From: a virus
DNA: 64,000 nt
Strand: one strand, 5' to 3'
IMG/VR virus record: IMGVR_UViG_3300025131_000005
Below are positions 52,994-63,807 of this stretch, in pieces. Position 1 is the stretch's first letter, and each line of letters begins with the position of its first letter. Made by a program: the position numbers and the translations under genes. The notes beneath the pieces are model-generated. The model worked only from the letters and a program-made list of their open reading frames with translations, was not told the origin of the DNA and searched no databases.

Positions 52994-54304
52994 ATGAAAA
53001 AAACATACGTCTTAGATACCAACGTCCTTCTAACAGAAGCTAACTCTATATTTTCATTTAAAAATAACGATATAATAATTCCTTTAAAAGTTTTAGAAGA
53101 AATCGATAAACACAAGAAAAGACAGGATGGCGTTGGACAAAACGCTCGTAAATCGATACGTATTCTAGATGGACTCCGTACAAAAGGAAATTTACATAAT
53201 GGTATTCGTTTAGAGAAACGAAAAGGAATTTTATATGTTCGGATGTACGATCCATCTTTAATGCCAATCGGTTTAGACGCGTCAGATGCAGATAACCAAA
53301 TTATCACTACAGCAATCACTGAAAAACAAAAAAATCCGAAACGTAAAGTATCTGTTGTTTCGCGTGATATTAATATGCGTATTAAATGTGACGCATTACA
53401 AATATTAGCAGAAGATTATGATAGAGGTAAAATTGTTTCTACTATCGATGAACTTTACGACGGTTTTACCGCTCATTTAGTAGATACTCAAATAATAGAT
53501 AGATTTTATGAAGGTGAAGAGATAAGCGCCTCGATGATTGAGGGAAGATTTAGTCCAAATGAGTTTGTTATGCTGATTTCAAATTCTAATTCAAAACATA
53601 CCGCATTGGCCAAGTATGGAGGCGCTGTTGATAAATTAATAGCTATTAATGAATATAAAAATAACGGTATCTGGGGTTTACGTTCTAGAAATAAAGAACA
53701 AATGTTTGCTTTAGATCTTCTTATGGATGAAAGTATTCCTATTATTACTATTACAGGAAAAGCCGGATGTGGTAAGACTTTGCTAACATTAGCTGCGGGT
53801 TTAAATCAAGTACTGGATCAAGATAAATATAAAAAACTTGTTGTTTCGCGCCCCGTACAGCCAATTGGCAGAGATCTTGGATATTTGCCTGGTACTCTAG
53901 AAGAAAAAATGCATCCATGGCTCAAACCAATTGGAGATAATTTAGAATTTTTAATGGGTGATAAAAAAGATACAATGGAACTTTTAATAGAGCAGGGAAC
54001 AATTGAAGTTGAAGCTTTAACATATATTCGAGGCAGATCGATATCGAATGCTTTTGTAATTATTGATGAAGCTCAGAATCTTTCAGTTCACGAACTTAAA
54101 ACTATTGTTACAAGAATTGGTGAAAATTCTAAAATTGTTCTAACGGGAGATATTGAACAAATAGATAACACATATTTAGATTCAACATCTAATGGGCTTT
54201 CCTATGCTATTGAAAAGTTTAAAACCGAAGAAATAGCGGGTCATATAACACTTAAAAAGGGTGAAAGGTCTGAGGTTGCAACATTGGCGTCAAAAATACT
54301 TTAA
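52994..54304 (+). CDS. phoH: PhoH family protein with N-terminal PIN domain
   Basis: YVLDTNVLL, DADNQII, SRDINMRIK, GKAGCGKT, GYLPG, IRGRS, IIDEAQN and GDIEQID motifs. Confidence 0.95.
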   Translation: MKKTYVLDTNVLLTEANSIFSFKNNDIIIPLKVLEEIDKHKKRQDGVGQNARKSIRILDGLRTKGNLHNGIRLEKRKGILYVRMYDPSLMPIGLDASDADNQIITTAITEKQKNPKRKVSVVSRDINMRIKCDALQILAEDYDRGKIVSTIDELYDGFTAHLVDTQIIDRFYEGEEISASMIEGRFSPNEFVMLISNSNSKHTALAKYGGAVDKLIAINEYKNNGIWGLRSRNKEQMFALDLLMDESIPIITITGKAGCGKTLLTLAAGLNQVLDQDKYKKLVVSRPVQPIGRDLGYLPGTLEEKMHPWLKPIGDNLEFLMGDKKDTMELLIEQGTIEVEALTYIRGRSISNAFVIIDEAQNLSVHELKTIVTRIGENSKIVLTGDIEQIDNTYLDSTSNGLSYAIEKFKTEEIAGHITLKKGERSEVATLASKIL

Positions 54305-54346
54305 TAATATATAGCTATATGCTATACTGTATACAAGGAGCTAATT

Positions 54347-54619
54347 ATGAAAAATGTTACACCACCAGAAGAATATGATACAAATCCAGACCTAGAGCAG
54401 TTAGTTGAACCAGATACGGATTTAAAAAATTGGCTTGTTGAATATGTTGGCTCACAGTTGAATCCTGATAACATGGATGTTACTGTTGAGATGATCATCG
54501 AAGTTGTGGCATCTGAATTTCCTGAGTTTTTATTGGCCGTAGCCGAAGAGAACTTTATTAGAGGATATGAACAGGCGTTAGATGATTTAAATGAAGCCGA
54601 AAAAATACAAAATGAATAA
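54347..54619 (+). CDS. Acidic hypothetical protein
   Basis: SD AAGGAG. Confidence 0.7.
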   Translation: MKNVTPPEEYDTNPDLEQLVEPDTDLKNWLVEYVGSQLNPDNMDVTVEMIIEVVASEFPEFLLAVAEENFIRGYEQALDDLNEAEKIQNE

Positions 54620-55286
54620 TTTCGTCAAAGAAGGTTTAAGAAATACAAAAGAGTTTGTAATTTTTAATAGAGTCCCGGTTCATCTAGATGCACCCCTTAT
54701 AAATAATGATATTATTCTAAGCGATATTTTAAAACAGATTGAGAACCTAACTCATCGAAACTATTTTCAAGGTATTAATCGAATCCGCATCGGAGACTAT
54801 AAGTTTTTGAATGATAGGGACATTAATGCTGCTTTTCATGAGGGAACCATATATCTTTCCAATATCCAAGATGATGATGACGACATTATCGATGATATAC
54901 TACATGAAGTAGCCCATAACTTGGAAAGATTATATGATGACGAAATTTATGATGATAGAAAACTTGAAGATGAATTTCTTCTCAAAAGATCAAAATTAAA
55001 AAGAATTTTACAGGATTTGGATTTTAATGTTGACAAACACAACTTCTTTGAGGTAGAATATAACAAAGAATTTGATCGATTTTTATATAAAGACGTTACA
55101 TATTCTTCGCTTAAGCAACTAGCCGTAAATTTGTTTTGTTCAGTTTACGGTGCAACGTCACTAAGTGAATATTATGCTACAGGTGTACAACAATATTTGA
55201 TGGACGACCGCAAATGTCTATCAGAATTAAGTCCGGTACTTTATAAAAAGATTGATAAATTGAATCATTTATTAACTGAAAAATAA
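54612..55286 (+). CDS. Zincin-like metallopeptidase
   Basis: ILHEVAH...SEYYATG. Confidence 0.7.
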   Translation: MNNFVKEGLRNTKEFVIFNRVPVHLDAPLINNDIILSDILKQIENLTHRNYFQGINRIRIGDYKFLNDRDINAAFHEGTIYLSNIQDDDDDIIDDILHEVAHNLERLYDDEIYDDRKLEDEFLLKRSKLKRILQDLDFNVDKHNFFEVEYNKEFDRFLYKDVTYSSLKQLAVNLFCSVYGATSLSEYYATGVQQYLMDDRKCLSELSPVLYKKIDKLNHLLTEK

Positions 55287-55291
55287 AAATT

Positions 55292-56065
55292 ATGAAAAAA
55301 CCTCATATCTCTTTTTCCGAATTAAAAATTTGGAGTGAATGCCCACACAGACATAAACTAGATTATATTGACAAACTTAGGGTTTTCAAAGGAAACGAAT
55401 ACACAGCATTTGGCAAAGCCATCCACGCTGTGGGAGAAAAGTTTGTCTTCGAAGCCGATGGCGACGAAATGGAAGAGTTTGAGTCCAACTTCTTATATGA
55501 ATTAAAACTCCTCAAAGAGGAAGATAAAGATATATCCTTTAACGACAAGTTAATACAAGAAATGCGACCCCAAGGAGCCAAAATAGCTCCCAAAATGATT
55601 CCAGCGTTGAAAGACCACTTTGGACCCTACGAAGTAGTATCCGCAGAAGAGGAGTTATATGAGCCTCTAACGCATCCTGGCGTCAAGTTCAAGGGATTCA
55701 TCGATTTGGTCATCAAAGTCGATCAGACGTACCATATCCTGGACTGGAAGAGCTGCACGTGGGGTTGGGACACAAGAAAGAAATCAGATCGTATTATTTC
55801 TTATCAATTAACCCTATATAAACATTTTTATGCAGCAAAACATAATATCGATCCTGCAGATATACGAACTCACTTTGCATTACTTAAAAGAACTGCAAAA
55901 GCAAAACCTGTTGAAATCTTTGAAATAAAGTGTGGAACAAAAAAAACCAATAATGCACTTAAATTATTAAACACTTTCATGTATAATGTTGAAAAAGGAA
56001 TTCACATTAAGAATAGATTATCATGTAAATACTGTCCTTATACGAAAACCGAACATTGTACATAA
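55292..56065 (+). CDS. PD-(D/E)XK nuclease, RecB/Cas4-like
   Basis: ISFSEL..W.ECP, FKGFIDLV, ILDWKS, QLTLY and C-terminal CKYCPY...C. Confidence 0.9.
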   Translation: MKKPHISFSELKIWSECPHRHKLDYIDKLRVFKGNEYTAFGKAIHAVGEKFVFEADGDEMEEFESNFLYELKLLKEEDKDISFNDKLIQEMRPQGAKIAPKMIPALKDHFGPYEVVSAEEELYEPLTHPGVKFKGFIDLVIKVDQTYHILDWKSCTWGWDTRKKSDRIISYQLTLYKHFYAAKHNIDPADIRTHFALLKRTAKAKPVEIFEIKCGTKKTNNALKLLNTFMYNVEKGIHIKNRLSCKYCPYTKTEHCT

Positions 56066-56078
56066 AAGTGATTTAAAA

Positions 56079-57338
56079 ATGAATAAAAAGATTAAAGTAT
56101 TAGTTTTAAGTGATCATCCATTTTCACCTTCTGGTGTTGGGACTCAAACAAGATATGTGATAGAAGCCTGTTTAAAAACAGGTAGATATTCATTTGTTTG
56201 TCTCGCAGGTGCTATTAAGCACGAAAAGTACGAACCAATCAAAACGGAGGAATGGGGAGAAGATTTAATTATTTATCCTGTCGATGGTTATGGTACTCAT
56301 GATATAGTACGTTCCATGTTAAGAAATCATAAACCGGATATTGTTTGGTTTATGACGGACCCCCGTTTCTGGGGATGGTTGTGGGAAATAGAAAACGAAA
56401 TTAGACCAGTCGCCCCTATGGTTTATTACCACGTGTGGGATAATTATCCTTATCCTAAATTTAATGAGGTATATTACAGATCTTGCGATAAAATTCTCAC
56501 TATATCGAAAGTAACTGACGACTTAGTACGTACTGTTGCTCCGGATGTAGAAGTAGAATATTTACCCCATGCCGTAAATCAAGATATTTTTAAACCTCTC
56601 CCTAAAGAAGCTTCTGATAAATTCATTTTACAATCTATTCCGCATATGGAAGGAAAAATAATGTTTTTTTGGAACAATAGAAATGCTAGGCGTAAACAAA
56701 GTGGTTCTATTATCTGGTGGTTTGCCGAATTCGCAGAGAAAGTGGGTAGGGAAAATGTGGGTCTTCTTATGCATACAGATCCAAAAGACGAAAATGGCCA
56801 AGATTTACAAGCAATTATTCATGAACTAGGTTTAGATGATGGCACTGTTATATTTTCTACCACCCCTGTAATTCCACAGGTATTAGCTGAGTTATATAAT
56901 TATGCATCCTGTACCATCAATATTTCTGATGCCGAAGGGTTTGGTTTGTCTACATTAGAATCTTTGGCTTGTGGAACACCTATCATTGTAAATATGACCG
57001 GGGGACTTCAAGAACAAGTAACAGATGGCAAAAATTGGTTTGGAATAGGGATAGAACCAAGTTCCAAAGCTATTATAGGATCCCAACTAGTACCCTATAT
57101 CCAGGAAGACAGGCTTAATAAAAATGATTTTATTAATGCATTAACTAAAATATATGAAATGTCTCAAGAGGAACGCGATGCTCTGGGAAATGGTGGGCTA
57201 GAACATGTAACCAAAAATTATAATTTTAAGAACTTTGAAAAACGATGGGTAGAAACGCTAGATGGGGTATATGAGAAACATGGTTCTTGGGAGACACGAA
57301 AGAATTATAAATCTTGGTTTCTTCAAGAGGTGGTTTGA
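56079..57338 (+). CDS. Glycosyltransferase family 4
   Basis: PSGVGTQ, FWNNRNARRK and EGFGLSTLESLACGTP motifs. Confidence 0.9.
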   Translation: MNKKIKVLVLSDHPFSPSGVGTQTRYVIEACLKTGRYSFVCLAGAIKHEKYEPIKTEEWGEDLIIYPVDGYGTHDIVRSMLRNHKPDIVWFMTDPRFWGWLWEIENEIRPVAPMVYYHVWDNYPYPKFNEVYYRSCDKILTISKVTDDLVRTVAPDVEVEYLPHAVNQDIFKPLPKEASDKFILQSIPHMEGKIMFFWNNRNARRKQSGSIIWWFAEFAEKVGRENVGLLMHTDPKDENGQDLQAIIHELGLDDGTVIFSTTPVIPQVLAELYNYASCTINISDAEGFGLSTLESLACGTPIIVNMTGGLQEQVTDGKNWFGIGIEPSSKAIIGSQLVPYIQEDRLNKNDFINALTKIYEMSQEERDALGNGGLEHVTKNYNFKNFEKRWVETLDGVYEKHGSWETRKNYKSWFLQEVV

Positions 57339-58621
57339 TGAAGAAAATTTTGATTAGAGGTCCGGTCTTAACACGGAGTGGATATGGCGAACATGTAAGA
57401 TTTATTTTACGAGCTTTGAGACAATTAGAAGATAAATTAGATATCTATCTCATACCAGTTAATTGGGGAAATACTGGGTGGATTTATGATGATGATGAAG
57501 AAAGAATTTGGATCGACTCACTTATTAATAAAACGGCTGCTCTCAAGCACAACGCTGCTCTTTCGCAAGAGCCACCAAATTTTGATTTGAGTATCCAAGT
57601 TAGTATACCAAATGAGTGGGAGAAATTGGCACCAATTAATATTGGGGTTACGGCAGGTATTGAAACTACAAAAGTAGCTCCCCAGTGGGTGGAGAAAGGT
57701 AATATGGTGGATTTGATTATAGTTCCCTCTCATCACTCAAAACATGTTTACGAAAATACTAATTACAACATGACAGTACAACAAACAGGACAAGTTGTGC
57801 CTAATTACAAATGTACTACTCCAATCGAGGTTCTTTCTTATCCGGTAAAAGATTTTTCAGTATGCGATCTGGGTATTGATTTTGAAACAGATTTTAATTT
57901 TCTCAATATTGCGCAATGGTCCTCTCGAAAAGATGTAGAGAATTGTATTAAATGGTTTGTTGAAGAATTTATCGATCAAGAAGTCGGATTAATTTTAAAG
58001 CTGAATATAGCTAAGAACTGTTTAATGGATAGAAGAATGAGTGAAAGTAAAATTAAATTTCTTTTATCTGATGAAAAATACACTGATAGAAAATGTAAAA
58101 TATATCTTCTTCATGGTGATATGACTGATCAAGAGATACATCAATTATATCGTCATTCTAAAATTAAAGCTTTTGTGACAACAACCCATGGCGAAGGTTT
58201 TGGCTTGCCAATGTTCGAAGCTGCCTACGAAGGCATGCCACTGATTGCTCCGGATTGGAGTGGTTATATGGATTTTCTTTATATGCCCGTTGCGGATAAA
58301 AAGGGTAAAACCAAAAATAAAGCTAAGTTTGCGAAAGTGGGCTATACTTTGCAACCTATTGCTCCCGATGTAGTGTGGGATGGTGTACTTCAAAAAGATT
58401 CGATGTGGGCGTATGCTGATCAAGGGTCTTTTAAAATGCGTATGCGAGAGGTTTATAGAGATCATGGTAGATTCAAGAAGCAAGCCAAAGAACTTCAAGG
58501 ATGGATTAGAGAAAATTTTTCACTTCATCAACAATATAAAAAATGTTTATATATGTTAGAGAATTTTTTATTAGATGAAGAGGAAATAGATGATTTTTCT
58601 TTTTTTGAGAGAGAAAATTAA
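57338..58621 (+). CDS. Glycosyltransferase family 4
   Basis: TRSGYGEH and HGEGFGLPMFEAA motifs. Confidence 0.9.
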   Translation: MKKILIRGPVLTRSGYGEHVRFILRALRQLEDKLDIYLIPVNWGNTGWIYDDDEERIWIDSLINKTAALKHNAALSQEPPNFDLSIQVSIPNEWEKLAPINIGVTAGIETTKVAPQWVEKGNMVDLIIVPSHHSKHVYENTNYNMTVQQTGQVVPNYKCTTPIEVLSYPVKDFSVCDLGIDFETDFNFLNIAQWSSRKDVENCIKWFVEEFIDQEVGLILKLNIAKNCLMDRRMSESKIKFLLSDEKYTDRKCKIYLLHGDMTDQEIHQLYRHSKIKAFVTTTHGEGFGLPMFEAAYEGMPLIAPDWSGYMDFLYMPVADKKGKTKNKAKFAKVGYTLQPIAPDVVWDGVLQKDSMWAYADQGSFKMRMREVYRDHGRFKKQAKELQGWIRENFSLHQQYKKCLYMLENFLLDEEEIDDFSFFEREN

Positions 58622-59466
58622 TGTCAAAAAAAGCGCTTTTAATCCAACCGGGAAAGCTTGGAGATCTTGTTATTACGACTCCTATAGCAAAACATTATCA
58701 TGATATGGGCTATGAAGTACACTGGCCAGTCTTTGATAATTTTGCTAATTATTTTAAAGCGTTTGATCATATAAATTCATTTTGTTTTGGTGCAAAAATG
58801 AACCCTTCGGCATATTATAGAAATGAACGTCTAGATCGACATACACCTGAAGTATTTTTAAAAGCAGGAGGACAATTCTTTACTCATTTGAATAAATTCA
58901 TTAATGACAATAATGACTATGAAATAGTTGATTTCTGCTTTACTTTTCCGGGCCATTTTAATAATTACAATAATCGTTTAACAAAAACCTTCGAAGCGGA
59001 AAATAGAAACTGGATTGATTTAAAATATCATTTAGCTGAAGTTCCTTTGAAAAAAAGATGGGAATATGAGTGGAATAGAGATGAAGAAAAAGAAGATAAA
59101 TTATTAGAATTTATAACTAATTTTACAAAGAAAAAATATGGGTCAGAAAAATATTCAATAGTACATGAATATCGAGGAGGTACCCCATTAAAAGAAATAA
59201 AAACAGAAAATCCAATTAATTTTTCATATATAAAAGGATATGAAATTTATGATTGGTATAAAGTATTGTTAAATGCACAATCAATTGTGTGCGTCGATTC
59301 ATGTTTAGCAAATTTTGTAGAAGTAATACCAGCTTTCAAGAATATAAAAAAACATTATTTGGGAAGTGAGGAGCCTCATTTTCACCCATATATGAGAAAT
59401 ATACTTTTAAATAATTGGATTGATCATTCCGATAGCGATACTGCTTATAATGGCTTTCAATTATGA
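58621..59466 (+). CDS. GT9 (heptosyltransferase)-like protein
   Basis: QPGKLGDLVITTP and VCVDSCLAN motifs. Confidence 0.6.
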   Translation: MSKKALLIQPGKLGDLVITTPIAKHYHDMGYEVHWPVFDNFANYFKAFDHINSFCFGAKMNPSAYYRNERLDRHTPEVFLKAGGQFFTHLNKFINDNNDYEIVDFCFTFPGHFNNYNNRLTKTFEAENRNWIDLKYHLAEVPLKKRWEYEWNRDEEKEDKLLEFITNFTKKKYGSEKYSIVHEYRGGTPLKEIKTENPINFSYIKGYEIYDWYKVLLNAQSIVCVDSCLANFVEVIPAFKNIKKHYLGSEEPHFHPYMRNILLNNWIDHSDSDTAYNGFQL

Positions 59467-59864
59467 GAAAAATAGGATTTGTAAATGGATGTTTTGATAT
59501 TCTTCATATCGGACATTTGAAATTATTTGAATTTTGTAGAAGCCAATGTGATTATTTAGTTGTAGGAATTGATTCGGATTCAATGGTAAAAAAAGCTAAG
59601 GGAGAATCAAGACCATATAACAATGAAGCGGATAGAAAATATTTTTTAGAAAATATAAAAGCCGTCGACAAAGTTTTTATTTTTAATTCTCATTCTTTTT
59701 TAGAAAATAAATTAAGCACACTAAGCCCGGATATCATGTTTGTGGGTTCTGATTATAGAGATAGGAAAGTCATTGGCAGCCAATTTGCCAAAGAATTAAA
59801 ATTTTTTGAGAAAATAAATGGGCACTCAACAACAAAACTCATACAAGATATTACTTTTGGGTGA
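59463..59864 (+). CDS. Sugar-phosphate nucleotidyltransferase (RfaE/HldE domain II-like)
   Basis: NGCFDILHIGH, VGIDSD, KGESRP, GSDY and STT motifs. Confidence 0.92.
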   Translation: MRKIGFVNGCFDILHIGHLKLFEFCRSQCDYLVVGIDSDSMVKKAKGESRPYNNEADRKYFLENIKAVDKVFIFNSHSFLENKLSTLSPDIMFVGSDYRDRKVIGSQFAKELKFFEKINGHSTTKLIQDITFG

Positions 59865-60615
59865 TGGATGCATTGACAAATATCATTTTGGTCAATGCGA
59901 AAGACTATCACCAGAAGCACCGGTACCAGTTTTCAAATTGATGAGAACCAAACCAATGCCAGGAATGGCTTTGAATGTAGAGAAGAATTTGTCTGCTTTT
60001 GGTATTAATGTAGATACCATCAGTAATGAGGGTAAACTGATTACAAAAGAAAGATTCATCGATGAAAAATCCGGGCAACAACTTTTGCGTTTAGATACCG
60101 GTGAAAATGAATTATTAGATCCTATAGATGTAGAGGATATTGACTTAAATCTATACGACTGTGTTGTGGTTTCGGATTACAATAAGGGTATTTTAGATTA
60201 TCACAATTGTTCTCTCTTGGCGAAGAAGTGTATACAAGAAAATAAATTTTTATTTGTGGATAGCAAGAAAAAGGATTTAAGTTGTTTCGAGGGAGCAATA
60301 ATAAAAATTAATAAAAGAGAAAAGGAATTAGTTGAAAATTTTCCTATTAAATATGATATAATTATAACTCATGGAGAGCAGGGTGCTACATGGGATGGTT
60401 TACATTTCCCCTCGGATCCTACCGAAGTATTTGATGTATCTGGAGCGGGAGATACTTTCTTTGCCGCTCTTGTAAGCGAGTATTTGGTATCTAAAAATAT
60501 AGCTACTTCTATAGTATTTGCTAATAAATGCGCGGCCCTTACCGTCAAAAAAATTGGAGTATATTCACCAACACAGACAGAAATAAAGGATATTAAAAAT
60601 GGTTTATGTGGTTGA
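59818..60615 (+). CDS. PfkB sugar kinase (RfaE/HldE domain I-like)
   Basis: RLSPEAPVPV, GMALNV, VSDYNKG and DVSGAGDTF motifs. Confidence 0.92.
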   Translation: MGTQQQNSYKILLLGDGCIDKYHFGQCERLSPEAPVPVFKLMRTKPMPGMALNVEKNLSAFGINVDTISNEGKLITKERFIDEKSGQQLLRLDTGENELLDPIDVEDIDLNLYDCVVVSDYNKGILDYHNCSLLAKKCIQENKFLFVDSKKKDLSCFEGAIIKINKREKELVENFPIKYDIIITHGEQGATWDGLHFPSDPTEVFDVSGAGDTFFAALVSEYLVSKNIATSIVFANKCAALTVKKIGVYSPTQTEIKDIKNGLCG

Positions 60616-60940
60616 TATCGATGGTACTATATGTACTTTGAGTAAAGATTTAACTTATACAGATTCGAAACCTCTTAAAGAGAGAATTGAAAAACTTAAT
60701 AAACTACACGACGAGGGTCATACTATAATTTACCACACAGCTCGTGGGATGGGTCGTAACAACAATATACGCTCCTTGGCTGAAGCTAAGTTTTATCTTT
60801 TTACCGTTAAACAACTTAAAGGATGGGGATGCAAGTATCACCGAATCTTTTTAGGCAAACCTGCTGGCGATATTTATATTGATGATAAAGCAATGAAAGA
60901 TGGAGAGTTTTTTGAAGATCGCGATGACATTTGTCCCTAA
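60599..60940 (+). CDS. HAD capsule-biosynthesis-type phosphatase
   Basis: VDIDGTIC, HTARG, GKP and YIDDKA motifs. Confidence 0.88.
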   Translation: MVYVVDIDGTICTLSKDLTYTDSKPLKERIEKLNKLHDEGHTIIYHTARGMGRNNNIRSLAEAKFYLFTVKQLKGWGCKYHRIFLGKPAGDIYIDDKAMKDGEFFEDRDDICP

Positions 60941-61265
60941 AGGATGGGGATTTGAAAAATGGATTGTTAACTGTGACAAATATTGTGGAAAATTACTTTA
61001 TTTCGTAAAAGGAAAAAAGTGTTCATGGCATTATCATAAAATAAAAGATGAAGTTTTTTATGTACAAAGCGGTAAAATTATGGTAAAGTATTCGTATAAT
61101 GATGATCTTTCCAAGGCACGCAAAATTATTCTTGAAGCGGGAGATAATTTTCATGTTGCCGTGGGCATGAGACACCAAATGATAGCACTACAAGATACTG
61201 AATTATTTGAGTTTTCTACTCAACATTTTGATGAAGATAGCTATCGGATTGTGAAAGGAGACTGA
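60924..61265 (+). CDS. Cupin sugar isomerase-like protein
   Basis: VPKGWG.E.W, CSWHYH..KDEVF, H.M and EFSTQH motifs. Confidence 0.85.
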   Translation: MTFVPKGWGFEKWIVNCDKYCGKLLYFVKGKKCSWHYHKIKDEVFYVQSGKIMVKYSYNDDLSKARKIILEAGDNFHVAVGMRHQMIALQDTELFEFSTQHFDEDSYRIVKGD

Positions 61266-62042
61266 ATGAGTGAGAGAGAGTTCGAATTTGTACACAAGAA
61301 CCCAAAGTCTTTTATAACAACCGGGGATATGGGAGACGTTATATATCACCTTCTCTTCATAAAGAAACTAGGGGGCACCAAATATCATATCGATCCATCT
61401 CCTACCAGCTATGAGAGAAATGGATACATTCGAGTTGGGGACGGTAACCCAGGAAAATTTAATTTAACTAAGGCGCTTTTTCTGTTGCCGTTAATTAAGA
61501 AACAATCTTATCTGGAAGATGTAGATCTCTATAATAGTGAGCCCTCACGAGCTTGGCAGTATTATGATGTCCATACAGGGGAATACCACAAGGATGATCT
61601 AGGCATGCAAAATTTAGTTCAGTTTCATGCTAAGAAGTATGGCTTGCCCCTCGACGAGCTAAATGAGCCATGGCTAGAGGTTAAGTCAGCGAGAAGAGTC
61701 GATCCCAACCGCGACACGGTAATTAGCCGAACGCTAAGATATCGAGGAAATGATAATTATTATTACTTTAATAGAGAGCGTCTTAACCAGAGGGGAGTTT
61801 TTGTTGGACTTGGCGAGGAATATACAGATTTTGTGCAGAGATTTGGTTGCGTTAATGTACCTCTCCGCCGCGTAGATACCGCCTTGGAGATGGCAGAAGT
61901 CATTAATGGACATCAACACTTTGTAGGTAACGGCTCTTTGGTAGCGTCAATTGCTTTAGGTTTGGGATTAGAGATAGAATATGAGTTTTGTCCAGCTGCT
62001 GCTCATTATTTATTCAAAAGAGATAATATTAATATATTTTAA
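61266..62042 (+). CDS. GT9-like glycosyltransferase
   Basis: GDMGDVIY and FVGNGS motifs. Confidence 0.55.
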   Translation: MSEREFEFVHKNPKSFITTGDMGDVIYHLLFIKKLGGTKYHIDPSPTSYERNGYIRVGDGNPGKFNLTKALFLLPLIKKQSYLEDVDLYNSEPSRAWQYYDVHTGEYHKDDLGMQNLVQFHAKKYGLPLDELNEPWLEVKSARRVDPNRDTVISRTLRYRGNDNYYYFNRERLNQRGVFVGLGEEYTDFVQRFGCVNVPLRRVDTALEMAEVINGHQHFVGNGSLVASIALGLGLEIEYEFCPAAAHYLFKRDNINIF

Positions 62043-62059
62043 TAAAAAAGGAAACACAC

Positions 62060-62860
62060 ATGAAAATTGCATTTATATCATATATTTTTGGCAACGACCA
62101 CGCCGTTGTTAATTTTGGAACCTTCAAGATGATGAGTTCTTTCAAACGTTTTCATCCGGATATTCCTCTCTATATGCTTACAGAGAAAGAGATTAACAAA
62201 GAGGCACAAACAGTAGTTCCGATGAGTATGACTTATTTAAATCCTCTAATGACGCGTACAATCGCTGATGATTATGACCTTGTGGTTCATATCGATACCG
62301 ATGTTGTGGTAACGGATCGCTTAGATGAAATTCTAGAGGGCGATTATGATGTTGCGGTGGGACGCAATAATGCGGATCAAAGAACTGCAGGATGTGGCAC
62401 TCCTCACACTCTAAATGGAGAAGTAGACGTTTTTAAATATGCAAATGCGGGAATTGTAGCATCTACTAAAAAGGAATTTTGGGATGATTGGGTTGAATTA
62501 AATCAAAAGAATTTTAATAAATATCCTATGCATGAACAAGACAATTTAAATATTTTGATTAATTCAGGTAAATATAAAGTTAAATGGTTAGATCCACCGG
62601 AAAAATCGCTATATTATAATATTGCTAGTGCCTATGGAGATCCCAAGTGGAATGGTCAGTGGGACAAACACTGGGAAAGTTGGGAAAGAATTGAACTTAA
62701 AGATGATAAATTGTGGCTCGATGGAAAACTGATAAAGATGTTACATTATGCCGGGGGGAATACGCCCGATAAATTTAATCTTACGAGGCATTTTTCTGAT
62801 GAAGTCACAGAGCATATTAAAAAGCTTTGTAATATACCAAAGAAATTTAAAGGAGAATAA
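62060..62860 (+). CDS. GT-A fold glycosyltransferase (GT8-like)
   Basis: HIDTD, NAGIV, EQDNLN and LHYAGG motifs. Confidence 0.75.
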   Translation: MKIAFISYIFGNDHAVVNFGTFKMMSSFKRFHPDIPLYMLTEKEINKEAQTVVPMSMTYLNPLMTRTIADDYDLVVHIDTDVVVTDRLDEILEGDYDVAVGRNNADQRTAGCGTPHTLNGEVDVFKYANAGIVASTKKEFWDDWVELNQKNFNKYPMHEQDNLNILINSGKYKVKWLDPPEKSLYYNIASAYGDPKWNGQWDKHWESWERIELKDDKLWLDGKLIKMLHYAGGNTPDKFNLTRHFSDEVTEHIKKLCNIPKKFKGE

Positions 62861-62864
62861 AAAG

Positions 62865-63806
62865 ATGACTGTTTATGATTTCTGTCCATTTTTAGACGAA
62901 AACGATCTATATGAACTTAGGTTAAACCAGCATTGGAATTTTGTTGATAAATTTATTGTAGTGGAAGCTTCAGAAACACACACTGGACACGCAAAACCTT
63001 TTAACTTTGATCAAAAAAGATTTGAAAAATATTCTGAAAAACTCATATATGTTCAAATTGATTTTCATGACGCGTTCACGAGTAACGATTTTTTAGATAG
63101 TTTTACAAATTTTGATGAAAGACCACCTGAGTGGATTAGAGATAACTATCAAGGAAATTATTTTACTAAAATTTTAAAAGATTTAGGCGCGCAAGATGAC
63201 GATATAATTTATGCTAGTTCTTTAGATGAGATAATTAGAGAAGAAGCTTTTTATGAATCTTTGCGTATTTTTAAAAACACAAAAAATATCAAATTTGCAT
63301 TGCAAACCCCTCCTAATCACCCGCCCCATCTTGTGCAATATTGGCATCATAATCAAAATGTTTTTTTTCCAAACAAGGTAAGTCGTCCTATAATGGGCTT
63401 TCATATGGAGTGGTTTGTATATAAGTTTAATTTAACATCTCACATACGTTGCCCCATGGGCAATATTACAGAATATTCAACTTATAAACAAATCTTACCA
63501 GCAACGATGAGACACATGGCTCTTTCGACACACCCGCCAATTGGCACAACTGAAAAGCCTGCAGGGTGGCATTTTACTTTTTTAGATGACACAAATGGAG
63601 ATAAAATTATAAAAAAACTAGATTCTTATGCGCATCATGTCGATTATATGCCCGAGTATTTAAACCTCGATAAACACGATGTAACACTAAAGATGCTTAG
63701 AAAACACAGAGCAAAGAAAAAACCGCTGACATTTCCTGATTTTCCATCTTATTTAATTGACAACTTAGATAAATTTAAAAATTATATCTTCGAAGGCAGC
63801 ACTTAA
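62865..63806 (+). CDS. GT17-like N-acetylglucosaminyltransferase
   Basis: YDFCPFLDENDLYELRL, VEASETHTG, SSLDEI and GWHFTF motifs. Confidence 0.8.
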   Translation: MTVYDFCPFLDENDLYELRLNQHWNFVDKFIVVEASETHTGHAKPFNFDQKRFEKYSEKLIYVQIDFHDAFTSNDFLDSFTNFDERPPEWIRDNYQGNYFTKILKDLGAQDDDIIYASSLDEIIREEAFYESLRIFKNTKNIKFALQTPPNHPPHLVQYWHHNQNVFFPNKVSRPIMGFHMEWFVYKFNLTSHIRCPMGNITEYSTYKQILPATMRHMALSTHPPIGTTEKPAGWHFTFLDDTNGDKIIKKLDSYAHHVDYMPEYLNLDKHDVTLKMLRKHRAKKKPLTFPDFPSYLIDNLDKFKNYIFEGST

Positions 63807-63807
63807 A

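Noticed and set aside
55292-56065. Cas4-like nuclease as evidence of a CRISPR-Cas locus
   Set aside because: No cas1/cas2 or array nearby; solo PD-(D/E)XK nucleases are common in phages.
601-63404. Numerous antisense or nested ORFs in the ORF track (e.g. 1321, 2119, 17033, 17444, 26535, 35823, 49426, 58145)
   Set aside because: They lie opposite or inside well-supported genes and lack motifs or an SD.
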